A stretch of DNA of 32,000 nucleotides from Aliivibrio fischeri ES114. Its GTDB lineage: Bacteria; Pseudomonadota; Gammaproteobacteria; Enterobacterales; Vibrionaceae. The notes below the pieces were generated by a model. It was not told the DNA's origin, searched no databases, and worked only from the letters and a program-made list of their open reading frames with translations. The stretch's first letter is position 1. Each line of letters begins with the position of its first letter. The stretch is from assembly GCF_000011805.1 (NCBI RefSeq), contig NC_006840.2; one strand, written 5' to 3'. A program made the translations under genes and the position numbers. Below are positions 17,514 through 25,053 of the stretch, piece after piece.

Positions 17514-19264
17514 AATTAGTGATAAGACAATACTTAGCATCTTTAAAAGAACGAGGCGAGCTGGATGCTTTATTGCCCGATTTACTGTCACAAATTGGCT
17601 TAGAAGTTTTTTTAAAGCCGGGAGTTGGCAGCAGACAATATGGCGTGGATGTCGGTGCTTTCGGTAAGTTGTCTAATGAATCAGAAAGTAAAGTTTATTT
17701 GTTTTCGGTAAAATCTGGCGATTTAAATCGGAGGGACTGGGATAGCACTAACCCACAAGATTTACGTCCTTCTATTAATGAAATTATCGATGTATTTATT
17801 CCGACCCGTATTCCCGCAGAGTACAATGAATGCCCTGTTGAGGTTTGTTTATGCTTTGGTGGTGAAGTTAAAGAAGAAGTAAGATCTAACGTAAGTATGT
17901 TTTTAGGTAAATTAAAAACTGATGACTTAAGTTTCTCTGAATGGAATGGCGACAGGCTTGCTGATTTAGTAGAGCAACATATGCTTCGTGAGGAACTGTT
18001 GCCTAAGAACTGTCGCAGTTTACTCCGTAAGTCACTGGCGATGATTGACGAACCAGAAGTATCTTTCAAACACTTTAGCCAGCTTGCCATTAGCCTTACT
18101 TGTACTGATGACAAAAAACCAAAAGATATTTTAACGGGCATGCGCCAATTATATTTATGCCTTTGGATATTATACTCATGGTGCAGAGATGAGGATAACC
18201 TAGAGAGCGCATTCTTATCAGCAGAGTTTACGATGCTAAATTCCTGGGAAGCTGCGAAGTTTGCGTTTGGCAAAAAAAATAAGGTAGCAGTTTCTACACT
18301 GACAACTTTAGATTCAATTCTTAGGTTAAATCTACAAGTATCAAATCAATATATTGATGAAAAAATTATACCTTATTGCAATAACTTGTATGCTATCTCC
18401 CACGCAGTAAAGCCGTCTTGTGCCACAGATGTAAACTTAAAATTGTTTGATGTTCTAGGTCGATTAGCACTTACTGGCTGTTGGTCTTATTGGTATTTAA
18501 GCCAAATTAATGATGAAAATGTAGAAGCAGGCAAGTTTTTTTCAGAAGCAGTAACTAAATATCAAGACAGCATTAAGCAGTTAATCGTAAACAACCCTAT
18601 TTTGTTTACACCATACAAAGATGAGCAAGCAATAGATTTAGTATTAGCTCTTTGGTTCCTTTCTCTTGATCATAAACATTGGCGTGATATCAACTCTTGG
18701 TTGAGTAATATGTCACGAGAGATATATCAAATGTTTAAGATCAACGATAAATACCCGACAACCATACGAAGTTATGCTGAATTAATAGAACACCCCGTTG
18801 ATAAAACTGACGAGTATAAAAAGAGCGTCACTAAAGGTTCAATTTTATACCCCTATATATCTATCTTTTCAGCGATTATGGGATTTTCAGAGCCATATGA
18901 AATAGTTAAAAAAATTAAAGAAGAGTTTTTACCACACTGTAACTTTCAAGTGTACTTTCTTGATGAGTCCTCTGAAGATCATTTTTACCGATTCGATAAA
19001 ATACATGGAGCAACATTATCTGATGTATGCGTGACAGAAGAGCCAGGTGAATTGATTAAGCAGTTGGTTGGTGAGTGTGACCAATCAAATAAAGTTTATG
19101 ATATGTCTGCTTTTCAATACTCTTTTTGGCCGATTATATTAACTGGCTGTAGGCATTATAGGTTACCAGTGCCGATGCATTTTATTATTGATATTTATAA
19201 GCAGAGAAAAGAACAAGAAGAAATTGAAACTGATAGCGGAAAAAGCACTGAAGGAATTAAATAA
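17510..19264 (+). CDS. Hypothetical protein with N-terminal PD-(D/E)xK nuclease-like motif, second gene of the operon
   Basis: ATG 17510 overlaps the upstream stop by 4 nt, and the stop TAA 19262-19264 overlaps the next ATG. The N-terminal ~75 aa contain a helix with E17, then GVDVGAF (D47) and KVYLFSVKSG (S66-V-K68). This spacing resembles a restriction-endonuclease-fold core. The remaining ~500 aa are helical and W/Y-rich with no recognised motif. Confidence 0.7.
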   Translation: MKLVIRQYLASLKERGELDALLPDLLSQIGLEVFLKPGVGSRQYGVDVGAFGKLSNESESKVYLFSVKSGDLNRRDWDSTNPQDLRPSINEIIDVFIPTRIPAEYNECPVEVCLCFGGEVKEEVRSNVSMFLGKLKTDDLSFSEWNGDRLADLVEQHMLREELLPKNCRSLLRKSLAMIDEPEVSFKHFSQLAISLTCTDDKKPKDILTGMRQLYLCLWILYSWCRDEDNLESAFLSAEFTMLNSWEAAKFAFGKKNKVAVSTLTTLDSILRLNLQVSNQYIDEKIIPYCNNLYAISHAVKPSCATDVNLKLFDVLGRLALTGCWSYWYLSQINDENVEAGKFFSEAVTKYQDSIKQLIVNNPILFTPYKDEQAIDLVLALWFLSLDHKHWRDINSWLSNMSREIYQMFKINDKYPTTIRSYAELIEHPVDKTDEYKKSVTKGSILYPYISIFSAIMGFSEPYEIVKKIKEEFLPHCNFQVYFLDESSEDHFYRFDKIHGATLSDVCVTEEPGELIKQLVGECDQSNKVYDMSAFQYSFWPIILTGCRHYRLPVPMHFIIDIYKQRKEQEEIETDSGKSTEGIK

Positions 19265-21153
19265 TGCAAATACGATTGAGTGAGATCCAGCTAAAAAACT
19301 TTAAATCTTTTGAAGATTTAACAATTTCACCTAATAACAGATTCAATATCATCATTGGTGAGAATAGCGCTGGTAAATCTACAATATTTGAAGGTATTCA
19401 TTTATGGGAAAAGTGCTATGAAGCATTCATTTTAGCTTCAAGAAAAGGTTTTTATAAAGTTCGAGGCTCGACAAGTCGTTATGTTAATTATCAAGAATTA
19501 GATTTTCTTAGACTTACTAGTGATAATGATTTATTTTTTCACTCAGGTCGAACAAGAAATGCAGAAATAACTGTGACCTTATGCGTTGATGGGGATCTAT
19601 TTAATCTGGGATTCAAGATTTCACGACCTACTTCTATTTCAAATGCTTTTTTTCGAATTCAACCTATAGAGCAAATTCAATTCTCTAGTTTTGCTGAAAA
19701 AATTGTGGCTGACGGAAAAACATTAGATGAGGCGATATTCATATATCAAACAAGGCCCGTTGCTGGAGTTTTGCAATATGAACCTTATTTAAATGATGCT
19801 CAGGTTACAAAAAAAATACAGAAAGGGATCTCTCACGAAGTTTTGAGAAATAAGATTATTGCTAAACGAGAATCTATAGAGCAGCTAGAAGAAGCAATAA
19901 CTAAAATATTAGGAAAAACAGTTAAATTTGACCTACCACCTAAAACTCGTGCAAGAACTGATGAATTTGTTTCAATAAAAGTCACTATAGGTACTGGTAA
20001 AAAACAAGACTTACATTTACAAGGCAGTGGTTTTTTACAAATAGTAGAAATTCTATCAACAATAGAATTTCTAGATGCTCCTTTAAAACTGTTACTTGTA
20101 GATGAGCCTGATTCACATATTCATACTAAATTACAATCAAACCTTATTAGTCATTTGCGAAGTATTCTTGATAATCAGTTTTTTATTATTAGCCATAATG
20201 ACCAGTTTGTTACTAATGCAGGAGAAGGAGAAGTATTCTTTCTTAGTGAAGAGGCAAAGTTTGAAAAACAGCTTATTCCTATAGAGCACAGGAGCTTTGA
20301 TACTATTAAGCGTGCTCTAGGTGGAGTAATTTTATCATTAGAGCATCTTAATCAAGCAAAACACATAGCGTTCGTGGAAGGAAATGATGATGCCGAGTAC
20401 CTAAAGGCGATTAATGTAAAGCTAAAAGATATCACTGAAGTGAGCGGTTGTTTATCTGATGTCTCATTTTTCCCACTACGAGGCAAAGATAACATTCTTC
20501 AAAAAGTTGAATATAACAAACGAACATTGACTTCTATTTTGAAAGGGAAGACTTGGAACACTATTTTTGATAGAGATTTTTCTACAGATGAAGTTGATGC
20601 TGAACTGAAAAGACAAATTCAGGGTAAACGTTGTAACCCATTTAGCCACACAGGGTATTGTGTCGAATCGGTGTTGTTTTCCGAAACAACGATTCTAAAA
20701 CGATTTATCAATACTTTTGTAGATGATTTTCCAGTAGCAGATGTAAATGAGCAAATTGATACAGTGTTACATGACTCTATTATACAACCTATCAACGATC
20801 TTCATTCAGAGTTAAACCAAACGGTTGAAGGTCGATTTAATGGTCAAAAAAGGAATAGACCAGAGTTTTCAAATCTACAGTATGCCGATGTTATGCGCTC
20901 TTGGACAATAGATGGTGATTTTCAAACGGCTTTGGTGATGTCAAAACCTCTCATAAGTTTATTTGTTACTAAATTAGAAGAAAGTTTAGGTCGCTCATTG
21001 TTTCTTCGTACTTCCAATAATGATGAAGAAATATCTTCAAAGCTTTTTCTCGCATATATTGCGTTTTTAAATGATATTAATGATCTTTATCCTTCTCTAA
21101 AAGAGCTGTTTGTTCAGTTAGGTGTTTTAGAGGAAAGGAATGAACAAGAATGA
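19264..21153 (+). CDS. ABC-type (AAA_15/21-like) ATPase fused to a Toprim/DUF4435-like domain; OLD-family / fused AriA-AriB (PARIS)-like protein
   Basis: The N-terminus IQLKNFKSFEDL...IIGENSAGKST gives Walker A at aa 32-40 (K38). A signature-like LQGSGFLQ lies at aa 252-259, Walker B LLLVDEPDSHIH at aa 276-287 (D280, E281), and H-loop IISHN has H311. The C-terminal half has FVEGNDD (E372), FDRDF (D436, D438) and GYCVESVLF (E468). These match the Toprim E...DxD pattern and the VEG / DxD / IENY pattern I recall for DUF4435. Confidence 0.8.
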   Translation: MQIRLSEIQLKNFKSFEDLTISPNNRFNIIIGENSAGKSTIFEGIHLWEKCYEAFILASRKGFYKVRGSTSRYVNYQELDFLRLTSDNDLFFHSGRTRNAEITVTLCVDGDLFNLGFKISRPTSISNAFFRIQPIEQIQFSSFAEKIVADGKTLDEAIFIYQTRPVAGVLQYEPYLNDAQVTKKIQKGISHEVLRNKIIAKRESIEQLEEAITKILGKTVKFDLPPKTRARTDEFVSIKVTIGTGKKQDLHLQGSGFLQIVEILSTIEFLDAPLKLLLVDEPDSHIHTKLQSNLISHLRSILDNQFFIISHNDQFVTNAGEGEVFFLSEEAKFEKQLIPIEHRSFDTIKRALGGVILSLEHLNQAKHIAFVEGNDDAEYLKAINVKLKDITEVSGCLSDVSFFPLRGKDNILQKVEYNKRTLTSILKGKTWNTIFDRDFSTDEVDAELKRQIQGKRCNPFSHTGYCVESVLFSETTILKRFINTFVDDFPVADVNEQIDTVLHDSIIQPINDLHSELNQTVEGRFNGQKRNRPEFSNLQYADVMRSWTIDGDFQTALVMSKPLISLFVTKLEESLGRSLFLRTSNNDEEISSKLFLAYIAFLNDINDLYPSLKELFVQLGVLEERNEQE

Positions 21154-21178
21154 CTTTAAGCTTAGCAAACTTAAAAGA

Positions 21179-21230
21179 GTAAAAAATATGAGAAAAAAGA
21201 TAGAACAGGCACTTTTTTGTGATTTTTTAC
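21179..21230 (+). terminator. Possible A/T-only nested hairpin downstream of the operon
   Basis: GTAAAAAAT (21179-21187) pairs with ATTTTTTAC (21222-21230). AAAAAAG (21193-21199) pairs with CTTTTTT (21212-21218) nested inside. The stem is weak because it is all A/T, so its function is uncertain. Confidence 0.3.
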
Positions 21231-21316
21231 TATCCTCCACTCGCCAATTATCATAGTTTATTTAGGGCGGCGTTCATGATGATTTGAGATACATTTTTTA
21301 ATCAATACTAGTCAGG

Positions 21317-21334
21317 TTAGACTTAATGCTCTAA
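21317..21334 (+). repeat. 18-bp imperfect direct repeat, right copy (TTAGACTTAATGCTCTAA)
   Basis: It matches 14491-14508 at 16 of 18 positions. It lies 164 bp after the operon stop and about 40 bp before the terminator of the flanking kinase-like gene. Confidence 0.5.
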
Positions 21335-21374
21335 CTGATTTATGTCCAAAAACTTAGCAACTATACCTCCACAC

Positions 21375-21400
21375 AAAAAGGTCGCTCCCATGCGACCTTT
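21375..21400 (-). terminator. Rho-independent terminator of the kinase-like gene (minus strand)
   Basis: On the minus strand, AAAGGTCGC / loop ATGGGA / GCGACCTTT is followed by TTTT. It starts 3 nt after the stop codon (21403-21405). Confidence 0.75.
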
Positions 21401-21402
21401 CC

Positions 21403-22362
21403 CTACAAAACCCTCAAAGCTCTTTCTTTAAACCCCTCAGTATACTCATTAATCTTCCAATGCTCTGGACTCCAGCCTTTTACGAAGCGGTGGAAATCAG
21501 CCCATGCAATGCAATACAGAGGTCGCCATTCTGCTTCTATTTCAAGGGCTGTTTCTAATTGGTTTTCACCTAATGCGTGTTTGATTTGCTCAAAGTAGTG
21601 GTCGAGTAGTTCGCTCTCAAGCTCTGCGCATTTTTCTGGGGGAATGCAACTGCTGATAAATAAAATCACATCCTTCATTCCGCAGCCTTTTCCTATGTAT
21701 TGGAAATCAACCGCAGCAACGTGTTTTCCATCTTCAGAAAAACAGAAGTTCGCTAGCTTAGCATCACCATGTACAAGCGTTTGATAGCGGGTATTTTTAA
21801 GTGTTTGATCAATCTTAAGCGCTGCGTCTTTTAATGGTATGTCCGTTAAGGCTTCAAGCTCATCAGGGCGCGTGTCTAAATGCCAATAAGTACCTGTTTC
21901 CCATAATCCAATTGGTTGAGTGTTTAAGTGCTCGATATGAAAATACGCAAGCCAAGTTAAACAGGCTTTGGCTTCGTCTAATGATACGTCGGTTTTTACA
22001 AGAGGAAAGCCAGCGGTCGCCAGATCTTCAAGTACTAACACGAGTTCATTATCACGTTGCTCTACATATAAACAGCAGGGTACAGGGTTATACAGTGACA
22101 CTGAATTGGCATAATCTTGATACCAGTTGAGTTCCACTTGGTATGAATCAAGCTTACGTTGATGCGAGCGATCCGTATTCCAACCTCTAGGATGCACTTT
22201 AGGCTTGGGTAAAGTGATTTGTTTGATGATAACCGAGGAAGTAGGGGCATTGCGTAAATGCAAACGCACCAACTCCCCATAACCGCCCCACAAGGTTTGT
22301 AGCGTATCAGTTTGAGTAATTGATGCGTTTTCGAAACCCGAAATACGTGATAAATCAAACAT
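21403..22362 (-). CDS. APH/choline-kinase-fold phosphotransferase (EcKinase/DUF1679-like)
   Basis: The 319-aa protein carries the Brenner-type catalytic motif [13 protein letters not shown] (HxDxxxxN), followed by AAVDFQY (the DFx metal-binding motif). The substrate is unknown. Confidence 0.7.
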   Translation of the reverse strand: MFDLSRISGFENASITQTDTLQTLWGGYGELVRLHLRNAPTSSVIIKQITLPKPKVHPRGWNTDRSHQRKLDSYQVELNWYQDYANSVSLYNPVPCCLYVEQRDNELVLVLEDLATAGFPLVKTDVSLDEAKACLTWLAYFHIEHLNTQPIGLWETGTYWHLDTRPDELEALTDIPLKDAALKIDQTLKNTRYQTLVHGDAKLANFCFSEDGKHVAAVDFQYIGKGCGMKDVILFISSCIPPEKCAELESELLDHYFEQIKHALGENQLETALEIEAEWRPLYCIAWADFHRFVKGWSPEHWKINEYTEGFKERALRVL

Positions 22363-22396
22363 GTCGAGTTCCTTTATTCATCCAGTTTAATTTAGA

Positions 22397-22855
22397 TTAT
22401 TTATGGTTTGAGAAGTTGTCGCCTTTTGCCATGCGATCGTACATGATCACGTTTACCGCAGCCGCAAGGTTCATACACCCATTGGTAGGTACGTAAATCG
22501 TTTCACGGCAGAAATCGGTGATCTCTTTTTTCAGCGTACCATCTTCAGGGCCAAAAATGTAAAACGCACGTGGTGGGTGTTTGTAATCTGGCAGTGGTTT
22601 TGCGCCTTCAATTAAATCAACGGCCACAGGCACACAATCTAGAGGAACGATGTCTCTTAGATCTTCAACTCCGATTAACGGTAGGTTTAAATGCTGACTT
22701 TTTGTATCCGTACAAAACTGCTTAGCAATGTCATAACGCTTTCCTGTGTAGAATACAGAGTTTACGCCATAGCAACCCGCAGCGCGCATTACAGAGCCTA
22801 CGTTTTCAGGTGTTTTTGGGTTTACTAAACCAATACAAGAATAGCCTTTAGTCAT
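22397..22855 (-). CDS. SpoU/TrmH family RNA 2'-O-methyltransferase
   Basis: The 152-aa protein has an N-terminal NVGSVMRAAGCYG motif. The C-terminal SPOUT knot motifs are IFGPEDGTL and IYVPTNGCMNLAAAVNVIMYD. Confidence 0.8.
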   Translation of the reverse strand: MTKGYSCIGLVNPKTPENVGSVMRAAGCYGVNSVFYTGKRYDIAKQFCTDTKSQHLNLPLIGVEDLRDIVPLDCVPVAVDLIEGAKPLPDYKHPPRAFYIFGPEDGTLKKEITDFCRETIYVPTNGCMNLAAAVNVIMYDRMAKGDNFSNHK

Positions 22856-22943
22856 TTTTACCGTCTTTCTCTTACAAAATTTGCGCGAAGTATACCTAAA
22901 TTGATGTCATTCATATAGACTCATTAGAGAATTTCCTAAGAGA

Positions 22944-23423
22944 ATGATTATGAAAACAGTAGCAATTTTGGTTGATGTGCAAAACATCTATTACACCACG
23001 CGTGATGTCTACCAGCGTCATTTCGATTACAACGCATTATGGGCAAAAGTAACCGAAGGAAGAACCGTGGTGGGAGCGAACGCTTATGCTATTGCTCGTA
23101 GCGATGATAAACAAAAACAGTTTCATAATATTCTTCGTGGTATTGGTTTTGATGTTAAGTTAAAGCCCTTTATTCAGCGTCGTGATGGCTCGGCAAAGGG
23201 CGATTGGGATGTAGGGATCACCCTTGATGCTATTGAACTGGCTGAGCAGGCAGATATTGTGGTTTTATTGTCTGGTGATGGGGATTTTGATTTACTCATT
23301 AAGCGAATTCAGTCACGTTTTAATAAAGAAGTTGAAGTGTATGGCGTAGCTGATTTAACTGCTAATTCAATCATTGATGCGGCAGATCGCTTTATTCCAA
23401 TTGAAGATAATCTATTGTTATAA
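22944..23423 (+). CDS. NYN/LabA-like (DUF88) domain protein
   Basis: VAILVDVQNIYY at the N-terminus and VVLLSGDGDFDLLIKRI later are the acidic-residue motifs typical of LabA/NYN domains. An alternative ATG lies at 22950. Confidence 0.75.
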   Translation: MIMKTVAILVDVQNIYYTTRDVYQRHFDYNALWAKVTEGRTVVGANAYAIARSDDKQKQFHNILRGIGFDVKLKPFIQRRDGSAKGDWDVGITLDAIELAEQADIVVLLSGDGDFDLLIKRIQSRFNKEVEVYGVADLTANSIIDAADRFIPIEDNLLL

Positions 23424-23586
23424 AACAGATTATTTATTGTAGGTCGTTGTGTTAAGTAATCTGTAATTGAGATAATTATCATTCTACGCCTTTCGACTCC
23501 TACTGTATTTTATAGAATGGGGAGGAGGGCAACGAAAAACGGCCTTTTTATAATTGGCTCACATCATAAAAAAGGATAATAATGAA

Positions 23587-24969
23587 ATGAGTCAAGCAAC
23601 ACAGCAGCACTCCGATCCGGTTCCTATCGTGAGTAACGTGATACTTCACGCTTTTGATTGGAGCTATCAACGAATTACTGAACAAGCTGAATTAATTGCT
23701 CAATTGGGTTATCGCTCAGTGCTTGTTTCTCCTGCCATGAAATCTCTAAATTTGCCATCTGGAACTAAGTGGTGGCAACGTTATCAACCTCAAGATTACC
23801 GTTTGATTGATAACCCTCTTGGCGATACGTTTGATTTTAAACGCATGGTTGAATGTTTAACTGAGCTTAATATTTGGGTTTATGTGGATGTGGTGTTTAA
23901 TCACATGGCCAACGAATCGGATATTCGAGCTGATTTAGAATACCCAAATCAATGGGACAGAGAAGATTACGCTAAAGATCCTGAAAAGTACGAGGCATTA
24001 ACTTTATTTGGTGATTTATCTGAGCCTCTGTTTACTGAGAACGATTTTGTTGAAGCGTTTGGCATTGAGAATTGGAATGATAAATGGGAAGTGCAGAACG
24101 GGCGTATTTCAGGTGGTCCACACGATCCCGGTTTACCGACATTAGCCGATAATGAACACGTTATTGCACAGCAACGTGCGTATTTAAAAGCGTTAAAAGC
24201 CATTGGAGTGAAAGGCTTTCGGATTGATGCCGCAAAGCACATGAGTCTTGAGCATCTTGAGAAAGTATGGGATGAAGAGATCACTCATGATATTCATATC
24301 TTTGGTGAGATCATTACCGATGGTGGTGCAACAAAAGAAGAGTACGAAACCTTTTTAAGCCCATATTTACAAGAAACTAAATTAGGTGCTTATGATTTCC
24401 CTCTGTTTAATACCTTGTATCAAGCGCTAGAGGGAGAAGCGTCATTAACTAGTCTGATAGACCCGTATATCTATGGCATGGCACTTTCTCCATTACGTGC
24501 AATTACCTTTGCTACCACTCATGACATTCCTAATAACCAGGTGTTTCAAGACCTTGTAATGTCTGAAGAAAACGAATGGCTAGCTTATGCGTATTTGTTT
24601 GGGCGTGATGGTGGCATTCCGCTTATTTACTCAGAGAATGAGATCAGTGGATTTAAAAATACGGAAGGTAATCCACGCTGGAAAGATGAGTGGTGCTCTA
24701 AACGCATGACGCAATTGATTGGGTTTTATCATGAAATGTATGGCGAAACTCAAACGCAAGTTGAAGCCAGTGATGAGCATTTGGTATTTGCACGAGGAGA
24801 TCGTGGTTTAGTCGCTATCAATAAATCTGATCATAATATTGAAGTGAATGTCGCGGTTAAGGCAGATATTGTTTGGTTAGAGCATACTTCTCAAACTTAT
24901 CATGCACCGCAGCAAGGGAATTTGCGTTTCTTTATTCCTGCAAAATCGTATTTGCTGTTTTCTCGTTAA
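23587..24969 (+). CDS. Cytoplasmic GH13 alpha-amylase family glycoside hydrolase
   Basis: The four GH13 conserved regions are present: VDVVFNHM, GFRIDAAKHM, IFGEIITD and FATTHD. No signal peptide is present. The track ORF starts at TTG 23554 with no SD. The in-frame ATG 23587 follows AAGGA (23571-23575). Confidence 0.85.
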   Translation: MSQATQQHSDPVPIVSNVILHAFDWSYQRITEQAELIAQLGYRSVLVSPAMKSLNLPSGTKWWQRYQPQDYRLIDNPLGDTFDFKRMVECLTELNIWVYVDVVFNHMANESDIRADLEYPNQWDREDYAKDPEKYEALTLFGDLSEPLFTENDFVEAFGIENWNDKWEVQNGRISGGPHDPGLPTLADNEHVIAQQRAYLKALKAIGVKGFRIDAAKHMSLEHLEKVWDEEITHDIHIFGEIITDGGATKEEYETFLSPYLQETKLGAYDFPLFNTLYQALEGEASLTSLIDPYIYGMALSPLRAITFATTHDIPNNQVFQDLVMSEENEWLAYAYLFGRDGGIPLIYSENEISGFKNTEGNPRWKDEWCSKRMTQLIGFYHEMYGETQTQVEASDEHLVFARGDRGLVAINKSDHNIEVNVAVKADIVWLEHTSQTYHAPQQGNLRFFIPAKSYLLFSR

Positions 24970-24995
24970 TTGTTCGTTTTAGAGTAAAGCGTAAT

Positions 24996-25026
24996 AAAAA
25001 AGGTGGATAATTTATCCACCTTTTTT
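24996..25026. terminator. Bidirectional rho-independent terminator between the convergent amylase and chemoreceptor genes
   Basis: The structure is A-run + GGTGGATAA (25002-25010) / TTATCCACC (25012-25020) + T6. It is symmetric, with an A-run upstream and a T-run downstream. Confidence 0.85.
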
Positions 25027-25053
25027 GTTTGTGACATTGCTTATCTAAGATAA

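Noticed and set aside
17695-18273. A 192-aa ORF antisense to gene 2 of the operon
   Set aside because: It lies entirely inside a longer, better-supported sense ORF. Its translation is Ser/Leu-rich and low in complexity, typical of the antisense frame of an AT-rich gene. It has no SD or motif.
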